A stretch of DNA of 46,721 nucleotides from an uncultured bacterium. GTDB taxonomy: Bacteria; Chlamydiota; Chlamydiia; Chlamydiales; SM23-39. Both the position numbers and the translations under genes were made by a program. The notes below the pieces were generated by a model that was given only the letters and a program-made list of their open reading frames with translations, searched no databases and was not told the DNA's origin. Below are positions 1 to 8,390 of this stretch, in pieces. Numbering within the stretch: position 1 is the first letter of the stretch; each line of letters begins with the position of its first letter. The DNA lies in the NCBI GenBank assembly GCA_964411685.1, contig CAYPMA010000001.1:1-46721 (forward strand), in the 5' to 3' direction.

Positions 1-97
1 TTTTTTTTGTTAAATAATAAAGCTAAAAATCATAAAAAAAAGTTATTTTTGATGTCAATACATCTTTAAAATAATCTTTAACATCAATTTTAAGATT

Positions 98-856
98 TTA
101 TTTTCTTATTTCTTCATGATTTTTATCTAGAGCAAGCAATTTTTTTTCGTATGGTAAATTCCAACTTTCAGGATAACAATAAGAAGGAGATAAAACTACA
201 TCAGGTTTATTATTTATTAAATATCTGTTCAGGTGGCTTTCATCATGCCATACTGCAATATAGTCTTTCTTCAAATCCTTTTCAATATTGTCAATATTGG
301 ATTTTAGTAGTTTAATAAAGTTGTCTTTTTTACCGCCGTAGAATCCTCCTGCAAAGTAACATTTGCCTTCTTTTTTTTCCACATATGCAGTAGATTTTTT
401 ATTAGTTTCGTAAGATCCTCTCTTATCAACAAAGCCAGGATGCTGTGTTGCTACTAAGCTTCCGAGTATTTCATCTCCAACAGGAGCCACAAACAACATG
501 TCTGCATCAATTGCAAAAAGATAGTCCATTTTATCGAATAATGATTTGTTTTTATAATATACGTGAAATCGTTTTAATGTATCATTTGGCCATCCAAGCC
601 TTTTTTGAAAAACGGATGTAACATCAGCATTATTTGGGAAATCTTGATCAGTAAAAACAAAAAATGAGACATTATGATTGTTTAAAAAAAACTTTCTTGC
701 AGAGTCTATCATTTTAATAGCGTATTTATCGTATTTCCCAGTTGCCATAACACAAAGGCCAATATTATATTTTTTTAATTGTATAGGTTTTTCGTAAGCA
801 GATACCATTGAGCAAATTGAGAAAAACATAACAAGAAGAAAAGTTTTTTTTATCAT
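98..856 (-). CDS. GT6-family glycosyltransferase (histo-blood-group A/B, alpha-1,3-Gal/GalNAc transferase-like) with N-terminal signal peptide or signal anchor
   Basis: 252-aa ORF. The C-terminal block IAVWHDESHLNRYLINNKPDVVLSPSYCYP matches the recalled vertebrate ABO/alpha3GalT signature AVWHDESHLNKYLL..KVLSPEY. It has a DxD-type motif AIDADM and a donor-pocket-like block CYFAGGFYGG. The N-terminus MIKKTFLLVMFFSICSMVSA/YE is hydrophobic with an AXA-like site. Confidence 0.85.
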   Translation of the reverse strand: MIKKTFLLVMFFSICSMVSAYEKPIQLKKYNIGLCVMATGKYDKYAIKMIDSARKFFLNNHNVSFFVFTDQDFPNNADVTSVFQKRLGWPNDTLKRFHVYYKNKSLFDKMDYLFAIDADMLFVAPVGDEILGSLVATQHPGFVDKRGSYETNKKSTAYVEKKEGKCYFAGGFYGGKKDNFIKLLKSNIDNIEKDLKKDYIAVWHDESHLNRYLINNKPDVVLSPSYCYPESWNLPYEKKLLALDKNHEEIRK

Positions 857-1004
857 AATTAAGTCTCCAGAATTTTTTTTAATTTATCGTAGTATTTTAT
901 AAAATATATTGAAAATAAATTTTTAAAAAATATAGTCTTGAGCTCTTTGTTATCAAAAAATTTGTGTCGTAAATGAATAAGTTTTAAAACAGGAAAAATC
1001 TTAA

Positions 1005-2564
1005 ATGAAGAATAAAATAATCACTTTTCTATATGTGTTTTTAGCTGTAATAATTATTTCAACTTTTACATTTGTAAGAACAAAAAGGATTTCTAAATTA
1101 AAAAGGAATAATGTATCTAGTGATATCATAGGTCAATCTCTATATCATCCAATTTCAAATACATTATATCCTATTTATGAGAACAAAAAATTTGTTGTAA
1201 TAATACCTTCATATAACAACGAAAAATGGTGTGAAAGAAATTTAAGGTCTGTATACGAGCAGGAATACAAAGAGTACAGAGTTATATATATTGATGATAA
1301 TTCAAAAGACAATACCTATGAAAGGGTAAAAAAATATGTAAAAGACCATAATGAGGAACACAGAACTACTCTAATACGAAACAAAAATAACAAAGGAGCA
1401 TTATTAAATCTTTATAATGCTATTCACTCATGTAAGGACGATGAGGTTGTTGTTACACTTGATGGAGATGATTGGTTCCCGCACGAGTTGGTTCTTTTTA
1501 AATTAAACGAATGTTATGCAAATCCCAAGGTTTGGTTAACTTTTGGCCAATATTTGGATTATCCTTCTTATACTAAAGGAATGGGAGGCCCCATATATAA
1601 AAACAGACTCAATGACACAAGAGGTTTTCGACTTCATGAGTGGGTCTCAACGCATTTAAGAACTTTTTATGCAGGCTTATTTAAAAAAATTAAAATAAAA
1701 GATTTTTTCTATAAGGGAACGTTTTTCAAAATGGGATGGGACTATACTTTTATGCTCCCTATGTTGGAAATGTGCCATGATTGTTTTATGTACATTCCTG
1801 AAATAATGTACATCTATAATCGCTGTAATCCAATAAGTGATGACAGATTAAATGTACATCTTCAAAGTCAGTCAGCAATATATGTAAGATTTAAAGATCC
1901 TTATATGCCAATTAACACTCCTCCGTATTTAAAGATTAAGGATAAAAAATATTATGCTGATATATATTATTTTTCAAAAAATCCTGAAAAATTAAAAACC
2001 AGTTTAAATTCCATTGTTGAAAATATAAGCAATTATCATTCAATAAATGTATTTTTTTCATTAAATGAAGATAATGAATATTTATATAAAGAAATACAGG
2101 AGTTGTTTCCTAAAGTTTCTTTTTCATTGATAGATGAAAAGAATTATAAATCAACTATTTGCAATAAAATACTTAAAAATGATTGTTCTTTAAGATGTTC
2201 TTATATTCTTTTCCTTAATGATGAAACAGTAATAGATAAGCCTTATAATTTAAATGATTGTATTACACTGTTGGAAAAAACAAATGCTGATGCATTTTAT
2301 TTGTCCTTGAATAAAAATGCTTTTAAGGAAAATGAAAATAAACTCATGTCATTATGGGATGGTGTAAGCGCTTGGCAATATAATGATAAGGTAAAGCTAG
2401 GACAAAGTGAAATGTTATATAACATGGTTTTAGTAAAGAAAAATGAACTTAAGAATATTGCTAAGAATGAAAATTATAATTCTTTAGATGAATTAAGTAG
2501 TTTATGGAAAAAAAACAGAAACCCAGAAGAAGTAGGTCTGTTTTTTGATTATGAAAACAATTAA
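1005..2564 (+). CDS. Membrane-anchored two-domain glycosyltransferase, N-terminal GT2 (GT-A) domain, tandem paralog A
   Basis: 519 aa. One N-terminal TM helix is followed by a basic stretch (RTKRISKLKRNN). GT2 motifs are VVIIPSYNNEKW, RVIYIDDNSKDNT and TLDGDDWF. It is clearly paralogous to the next two ORFs (WLTFGQYLDYPSY, HLRTFYAGLFKKIKIKDFFY). Confidence 0.8.
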   Translation: MKNKIITFLYVFLAVIIISTFTFVRTKRISKLKRNNVSSDIIGQSLYHPISNTLYPIYENKKFVVIIPSYNNEKWCERNLRSVYEQEYKEYRVIYIDDNSKDNTYERVKKYVKDHNEEHRTTLIRNKNNKGALLNLYNAIHSCKDDEVVVTLDGDDWFPHELVLFKLNECYANPKVWLTFGQYLDYPSYTKGMGGPIYKNRLNDTRGFRLHEWVSTHLRTFYAGLFKKIKIKDFFYKGTFFKMGWDYTFMLPMLEMCHDCFMYIPEIMYIYNRCNPISDDRLNVHLQSQSAIYVRFKDPYMPINTPPYLKIKDKKYYADIYYFSKNPEKLKTSLNSIVENISNYHSINVFFSLNEDNEYLYKEIQELFPKVSFSLIDEKNYKSTICNKILKNDCSLRCSYILFLNDETVIDKPYNLNDCITLLEKTNADAFYLSLNKNAFKENENKLMSLWDGVSAWQYNDKVKLGQSEMLYNMVLVKKNELKNIAKNENYNSLDELSSLWKKNRNPEEVGLFFDYENN

Positions 2565-2578
2565 AAAGAAATAGGCAT

Positions 2579-4138
2579 ATGAAAAAATTATATATTTTAT
2601 TGATTATACCTTTAATTTTGGGATCATTTTTGGCTGGTAAGCAGTTAAAAAAGAGATTAATAAAGATAAAAATGGAAGAGGAATCTATAGTTGATTCTGA
2701 AATGAATCATGAATATTTAAAGCGTGAAGAAAAGCCTTTTGTTGTAATAATTCCATCATATAATAACGTAAAGTGGTACAAAAAAAATATCCAGTCTGTT
2801 TTGGATCAAAAATATTCTAATTATAGAGTTATATATATTGATGATTCTTCTAAAGACGGTACTTATGAGGCTGTAAATCAATATCTAAAGGAAAATGATA
2901 TTGATAACAGGGTTACTCTAATTCATAATGAAAAAAATAATGGAGCCCTTTCAAACTTATATTCTTCTATTCATAGCTGTAAAGATAATGAGATAATAGT
3001 CACTTTGGATGGAGATGACTGGCTTGCTCATGAATTTGTTTTAAAGAGATTAAATGATTATTATTATGATAAAAATGTGTGGCTTACTTATGGACAATAT
3101 TTAGACTATCCTTCATTAGAATGGGGAATGTGTCTTCCAATAAATGGACATATAGAGAAAAAATATGGCATAAGAAAGCATCCCTGGGTTACTTCTCATT
3201 TAAGAACATTTTATGCAGGTCTATTTAAAAAAATAAAAATTGAAGACTTTTTTTATAAAAACAAATTTATGGATATGAGTTGGGATTATGCTTTTATGAT
3301 TCCTATGCTAGAGATGGCAGATAAACATAGAGTATTTGTTAAAGATGTTTTATATATATACAACAGGCTTAATCCAATAAGTGATGATAAAAAAAACATT
3401 CAGCTTCAAATTGAATCTGCTTCTTATGTTCGTAATAAAAAACCATATTTACCATTAGCTTCATTCCCATATGCAAAATATTCTGATTCAAGGGAAATGA
3501 TAGATATTATTATTTCTTCTAAGGATCCATTATCTCTTGCTGTTAGTTTATCTTCCATTTTCGAAAAGGTTGATAATTATCAGGAAATATTTGTTATATA
3601 TAATTCTAATGATGAAATCAGTAAAGATGGTTATGCAAAAATAAAAGAACTTTTTCCAAATGTTAATTTTTTAAATCAAGACGAAAATCTATCTTTTATT
3701 TTAAAAGAGACCTATAATACCAGTTCTTATGTATTATTGTTAAAAGATGATTATGTTTTTAGCGATTATTTAGATTTAAATACTTGTATAAAACTACTTC
3801 AAGACAGTTATTCAAAAGTTTTTTCTCTTAAAGATAGTGATGGCCAGAAATTTTCTATTGATGGAAAGGTTAAGATTTATAGTTCAAATATAGAAGATAT
3901 TTTTGATGGTAATATTGTCAAGAAAGAGCTCTTTTCAAATATGTCCAATCCTTTTTCAGGTGAATCTAAAAACAATATTGTTTTGTTTTTTGATACTTAT
4001 AATATTCAAAAGTTGAACTTAGTAAACGATGAGAATATTAATTCTCAAATAGCAAAATGGGAAGAAAAGTTTAATTTAAATTTAGATGATCTAAAAAAAA
4101 TAAATTTCAATACTAATTGTGAAATTACAAATAGGTGA
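2579..4138 (+). CDS. Membrane-anchored two-domain glycosyltransferase, GT2 N-terminal domain, tandem paralog B
   Basis: 519 aa with the same architecture and motifs (VVIIPSYNNVKW, RVIYIDDSSKDGT, TLDGDDWL, HLRTFYAGLFKKIKIEDFFY). It starts 14 nt after paralog A. Confidence 0.8.
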   Translation: MKKLYILLIIPLILGSFLAGKQLKKRLIKIKMEEESIVDSEMNHEYLKREEKPFVVIIPSYNNVKWYKKNIQSVLDQKYSNYRVIYIDDSSKDGTYEAVNQYLKENDIDNRVTLIHNEKNNGALSNLYSSIHSCKDNEIIVTLDGDDWLAHEFVLKRLNDYYYDKNVWLTYGQYLDYPSLEWGMCLPINGHIEKKYGIRKHPWVTSHLRTFYAGLFKKIKIEDFFYKNKFMDMSWDYAFMIPMLEMADKHRVFVKDVLYIYNRLNPISDDKKNIQLQIESASYVRNKKPYLPLASFPYAKYSDSREMIDIIISSKDPLSLAVSLSSIFEKVDNYQEIFVIYNSNDEISKDGYAKIKELFPNVNFLNQDENLSFILKETYNTSSYVLLLKDDYVFSDYLDLNTCIKLLQDSYSKVFSLKDSDGQKFSIDGKVKIYSSNIEDIFDGNIVKKELFSNMSNPFSGESKNNIVLFFDTYNIQKLNLVNDENINSQIAKWEEKFNLNLDDLKKINFNTNCEITNR

Positions 4139-5865
4139 TGGGTAATGTCATGAAAAAAATATTATATTTGTCAGTTATATTAATGGTTGGGATTTCAGTA
4201 ATTAGTGGATATAAATATGATTCTTTTAAAAAAAGAAAGGTAAAAGAAAAGCTAGGGCAGTATGAATCTTTTCCTGTAACCGAGAACAAAGAATTTGTAA
4301 TCATTATTCCTTCATACAATAACGAAGAATGGTATGAAAAGAACCTATATTCAGTTATAAATCAGGACTATGATAATTACAGGGTAATATATATTGATGA
4401 TGCATCAAAGGATGATACTTATGACAAGGTAAATGGTTATTTACAAAAACATGATGAGAAAAATAGAGTTACTTTGATTCATAATGAAAAAAATGTTGGA
4501 GCCTTGGCAAATCTATATAAAGCTATTCATGGCTGTAAAGATAATGAAATAATAGTTACTGTCGATGGTGATGATTGGCTTGCCCATGAATATGTATTAA
4601 CAAAGTTAAATGAGTCATATGCAAATCCTAATGTATGGCTTACCTATGGACAATATAGGGATTATCCTAGTTATGATCAGGGTTTATGTAGGTCGTATCA
4701 TACAAAATCATTAATTAAAAAAGGCGGATTTCGCAATCATTCATGGGAAGCTTCCCACCTACGAACTTTCTATTCCGCTTTATTTAAAAAAATAAAAATT
4801 GAAGACTTTTTTTATGAAGGTCAGTTTCTTCCTATGAGCTGGGACCTTGCCTTTATGATACCTATGATGGAGATGGCATATGATAATATACAATTCATAA
4901 AAAATTACCTCTATATTTACAATAGGACTAATCCAATATCTGATGGAAATAAAAATAGAGAATTTCAAATTAAGTGCGATCAATATGTAAGAAGTTTAAA
5001 AAAATATGAAAGAATAGATACTCTTTTTGAGAAAACAAATATTAAATCTAATAAAGCAGATTTAGTCATTTTTTCATTTGACAGGCCCATGCAGTTATAT
5101 GCTTGTATTGAATCCATTAATAAGTATATTTCCGGTCTGGGTAATATTTCAGTTATATATCGAATTAGCAATGTCAAATATGAAGATGGATATAATGAGG
5201 TTAAAAAATCATTTCCTGAAGTTAATTATGTTAAGCAAAATGAAAAGCCTTTAGATGATTTTAAGCCTTTGTTAATTCAGGAGACATTTTCTTCTAAGAA
5301 TAATCACATATTATTTTGTGTAGATGATGATATAGTAAAAGATTATATTAATTTATCTAAGTGCATTGAAGCATTAGAAAATACAAATGCTTATGGTTTC
5401 TATTTAAAATTAGGTACTCATGTTGACTATTGTTACACTATGGACTCAAGACAAAGAATTCCTAGGATGTATCCTGTTTTTGATGATGTATATGCTTGGC
5501 AGTTTAGAGATGGTGAATATGACTGGAAATATCCAAACACAGTAGATATGACCTTATATAGAAAGTCAGATATTGAAAAGAATTTAAGAAAATTAATTTA
5601 TGTTAATCCAAATTCATTTGAAGGAAATTGGGCTTCAAAGGCTAATTACAATAAAATTGGGCTTTGTTTTTCGCAGTCAAAGATTATTAATATTCCAATG
5701 AATTTGGTTAATACTGAATGTAAAAATAGACATATGAATTTCAACAGCGCTGAACAACTTTTAGATAAATTTAATGAAGGATATAAAATTGATATTTCAA
5801 AATTTGATAAAGTTGAAAATAAGTCCGTTCATGTTGAATATATTCCAGAATTTATTATAAGATAA
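4135..5865 (+). CDS. Membrane-anchored two-domain glycosyltransferase, GT2 N-terminal domain plus best-preserved C-terminal GT-A-like domain, tandem paralog C
   Basis: 576 aa. Motifs are VIIIPSYNNEEW, RVIYIDDASKDDT and TVDGDDWL. The C-terminal domain has LVIFSFDRPMQLYA and a DxD-like LFCVDDDIV. Start choice is GTG 4135, ATG 4138 (1-nt overlap with the upstream TGA) or ATG 4150 (AGGTGA lies upstream). Confidence 0.8.
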   Translation: MMGNVMKKILYLSVILMVGISVISGYKYDSFKKRKVKEKLGQYESFPVTENKEFVIIIPSYNNEEWYEKNLYSVINQDYDNYRVIYIDDASKDDTYDKVNGYLQKHDEKNRVTLIHNEKNVGALANLYKAIHGCKDNEIIVTVDGDDWLAHEYVLTKLNESYANPNVWLTYGQYRDYPSYDQGLCRSYHTKSLIKKGGFRNHSWEASHLRTFYSALFKKIKIEDFFYEGQFLPMSWDLAFMIPMMEMAYDNIQFIKNYLYIYNRTNPISDGNKNREFQIKCDQYVRSLKKYERIDTLFEKTNIKSNKADLVIFSFDRPMQLYACIESINKYISGLGNISVIYRISNVKYEDGYNEVKKSFPEVNYVKQNEKPLDDFKPLLIQETFSSKNNHILFCVDDDIVKDYINLSKCIEALENTNAYGFYLKLGTHVDYCYTMDSRQRIPRMYPVFDDVYAWQFRDGEYDWKYPNTVDMTLYRKSDIEKNLRKLIYVNPNSFEGNWASKANYNKIGLCFSQSKIINIPMNLVNTECKNRHMNFNSAEQLLDKFNEGYKIDISKFDKVENKSVHVEYIPEFIIR

Positions 5866-5869
5866 ATTC

Positions 5870-6931
5870 ATGAAAATAACCTGTTTATTTGTTTTTTCTA
5901 TTATATTTGTCTCAAATATCTTTTCCAATAATTCATTTGTACATGCGGATTTTGAATATCTATTAGGAAAAAATACTATTACATGGAAACATATACAAAC
6001 AAAAGATGATGCTGACCAGCTATCTTTCTATAAGAGCTTATATGAAAAAAATAAGTTAGAACAGTTCTCAGATTCTCAGAATTATAAGATTCCAAAAATT
6101 GTGCATTTTATTTGGATAGGACCTAAAAATTTTCCAAGAGAATCAATTAAGAATGTAAGAACCTGGATGGCTAATCATCCTGATTGGGAGTTTATTTTCT
6201 GGACAGATAGAGATAGACCTGCGCCATGTAATGGAATGAGAGTTAAATTTATTAAGGACTTAAAATTTAATAAATTGCAACACATATATGAGTCTGCAAC
6301 AAATTGGAGCCAAAAAGCGGATATAATTACATATGAAATATTATATAATTATGGGGGAATATATTCAGATCATGATGCAAATAGTTTGAAGTCTTTTGAT
6401 AAATTGAATAAAGCATATGATTTTTATTCCTGTTTAGAACTTCCTCAAGAAAGGATTGGAAAGTTTACTTTGGCGATAGGGCATGGGCTGATGGGAGCAA
6501 AAAAACACCATCCTGTAATAAAAAAAACCATTGATATTCTCATGCTAAGATGGGAAGACGTTAAATCTAAATATCCTGAAGATACTGAAGATCATAAAAT
6601 AAAAAGAATTATGGAAGGGTCTTATATAGCACTTACGTATGCAGCTCAAACTGAATTACAAAAAGATGGAAATGTTGATATAGTTTTTCCAGCAAGTTAC
6701 TTTTTTGCCAATATGGGACTTACTCCAATTTATTCTAAGCATTTTTTTGCAAGCACTTGGATCGAGAGCAAAAATAACAATGACTATCATAATTATATAA
6801 GGAATGAATTGGGTTTTATTATAAAGAAGATAAATAGGCTATCTGCTCTTCAATATTTATTAATGGGTATAATGTTTATTATGTTGAGCTCAATATTAGT
6901 TTCCATAATTAAAAAGAGAAAAACTACATGA
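5870..6931 (+). CDS. GT32-type / DXD sugar-binding-region glycosyltransferase with signal peptide and C-terminal TM anchor
   Basis: 353 aa. IPKIVHFIWIGPKNFP and YGGIYSDHDAN match the Gly_transf_sug/OCH1-type (and toxin-glucosyltransferase-like) pattern. The N-terminus MKITCLFVFSIIFVSNIFSNNSFVHA/DF is signal-like. The C-terminal hydrophobic helix is followed by KKRKTT. Confidence 0.75.
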   Translation: MKITCLFVFSIIFVSNIFSNNSFVHADFEYLLGKNTITWKHIQTKDDADQLSFYKSLYEKNKLEQFSDSQNYKIPKIVHFIWIGPKNFPRESIKNVRTWMANHPDWEFIFWTDRDRPAPCNGMRVKFIKDLKFNKLQHIYESATNWSQKADIITYEILYNYGGIYSDHDANSLKSFDKLNKAYDFYSCLELPQERIGKFTLAIGHGLMGAKKHHPVIKKTIDILMLRWEDVKSKYPEDTEDHKIKRIMEGSYIALTYAAQTELQKDGNVDIVFPASYFFANMGLTPIYSKHFFASTWIESKNNNDYHNYIRNELGFIIKKINRLSALQYLLMGIMFIMLSSILVSIIKKRKTT

Positions 6932-7950
6932 GGAAATTGATTTTTTTTATTTTAGCATGCTCAGTAATCTTTGCTGAAGAGTTTGATTTTGATTATCTTA
7001 TGGGTAAAAATTCCAATAGTTTCAAATATGTGCAAACTAAAGAGGATTTAGAACGATATGACGCATTTAAATCAATTTATAATAAAAACATTGATAGAAA
7101 AATAATTGATAATTCAATACCAAAAGTTATTCATTTTATCTGGCTTGGGCCTAAAAAGATTTCAAATGAAAGAAAGAGAAACATTAATTCTTTTATTAAA
7201 AAACATCCTAATTGGAAATTTAAATTGTGGACTGATTATTCCAGAAAATTGACAAATAGCAATTTAGAAATATGTTATGTGGACCAGGATAAACTTTTAT
7301 TGTCTGAATTTTATAAAGATACAATTAACTATATTGAAAAAGAAGACTTATTGAGAATGGAGATATTGCTTAAGGAAGGTGGAATATATGTTGATACGTC
7401 TTTATTCTGTTATAAGAATCTAGATGATTTATCTAATGGATATAATTTTTTTGCAGCTCTTTCAATACCTCACGATCCAATATTAAGCTCTTCCATTTTG
7501 GTGTCTAATTCTATAATTGGAACAATTCCTAATCATCCAATATTGCAGCATTGTATTTCATATTTGGAAGATAACTGGAAAAAGGTTGCAACTCAATTCT
7601 CAAGCAATAATGATGAATCATATTTATATAGGGCTGCATATAGGTCATATTACGCATTAAATGATGCTATATTAAATAAAAACAACATGAATGGTAACAG
7701 GGATGTAATATTGCCTTGTGCATATTTTATTGATATCGACAAGAATAGAGCTGTCTATGCAAAAAACATGAGATTGAACACTTGGATAAAAGTACAGCCA
7801 ACAGAAAAAGATAAGCTTGAAAGAAATGTTAAATATATAAAACTTAAGATTTTCAAGCTTTTTGTAATAAATGGAAGTCTTCTGTTTATTTCTTGTTTTT
7901 TAATTGCTTCTTATTGGTTTTTTACACGATCAAAAAAAGCAGATGTCTGA
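6928..7950 (+). CDS. GT32-type glycosyltransferase paralog with a degenerate DXD motif, signal peptide and C-terminal TM anchor
   Basis: 340 aa. It overlaps the upstream paralog by ATGA. IPKVIHFIWLGPKKIS is conserved, but the DXD position reads GGIYVDTS. The signal-like N-terminus is MRKLIFFILACSVIFA/EE, and the C-terminal TM is followed by TRSKKADV. Confidence 0.7.
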   Translation: MRKLIFFILACSVIFAEEFDFDYLMGKNSNSFKYVQTKEDLERYDAFKSIYNKNIDRKIIDNSIPKVIHFIWLGPKKISNERKRNINSFIKKHPNWKFKLWTDYSRKLTNSNLEICYVDQDKLLLSEFYKDTINYIEKEDLLRMEILLKEGGIYVDTSLFCYKNLDDLSNGYNFFAALSIPHDPILSSSILVSNSIIGTIPNHPILQHCISYLEDNWKKVATQFSSNNDESYLYRAAYRSYYALNDAILNKNNMNGNRDVILPCAYFIDIDKNRAVYAKNMRLNTWIKVQPTEKDKLERNVKYIKLKIFKLFVINGSLLFISCFLIASYWFFTRSKKADV

Positions 7951-8165
7951 TCTAGTGCTGATCTATTTGTTACTATAGTTCCTTTAGGTTTTATGGAAGC
8001 AGTAAATGGTTTAGGAACATAAGTTTTTAAAGGCTCAGCTGCTCTTTTTACAGTGTTAACTTGTACATGTTTTACTTCTTTAGCTTCTTTTTTTAAATTA
8101 TCTAGATCCAGTTGTTGCTTGTTATGATGATTTCCTGTTCCTTCTGACCTTCTTACTTTACTCAT
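7911..8165 (-). CDS. Small hypothetical protein (84 aa, basic)
   Basis: The ORF is preceded by AGAGG about 6 nt upstream of the ATG (minus-strand AAAGAGGTACAATATG). Its 3' end overlaps the convergent GT32 gene by about 40 nt. No recognisable domain. Confidence 0.45.
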   Translation of the reverse strand: MSKVRRSEGTGNHHNKQQLDLDNLKKEAKEVKHVQVNTVKRAAEPLKTYVPKPFTASIKPKGTIVTNRSALDQTSAFFDRVKNQ

Positions 8166-8267
8166 ATTGTACCTCTTTATTATAATTTCACTTTTTAGGG
8201 ATTAAACTTACCCCATCAGTCATTATAGCAAATATTTGAATAATTCCAACAAAATCTTTACAAAAAA

Positions 8268-8296
8268 TTGATAATTTTTTTTTTATTTCTTATAAA
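8268..8296 (+). promoter_or_regulatory. Candidate sigma70-like promoter upstream of aas
   Basis: TTGATA (8268-8273), a 17-nt spacer, then TATAAA (8291-8296), about 95 nt upstream of the aas start. Chance matches are common in AT-rich DNA. Confidence 0.25.
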
Positions 8297-8390
8297 AAAA
8301 ATTTTTTTTGATACAAAAATCAAAGAAAAACAGTGGCTCAAAATACAAACTGAAGTAAAATGAATACTTTTAAATAATATAAAGGGTTTT

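Noticed and set aside
50-87. Inverted repeat TTGATGT...ACATCAA downstream of the GT6 gene as a terminator
   Set aside because: The arms are only 7 bp and AT-rich, with a ~24-nt loop. This is not convincing as a Rho-independent terminator.
4125-5177. Three 64-67-aa minus-strand ORFs (4125-4319, 4780-4983, 4980-5177)
   Set aside because: They are antisense to GT2 paralog C, whose frame carries clear family motifs. They have no independent support.
98-7950. Interpreting the glycosyltransferase island as a conventional LPS/LOS core or O-antigen locus
   Set aside because: There are no Kdo, heptosyl or lipid A genes, flippase, polymerase, ligase or sugar-nucleotide synthesis genes in or next to the island on the visible side. 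The left flank is outside the window, so this rejection is provisional.
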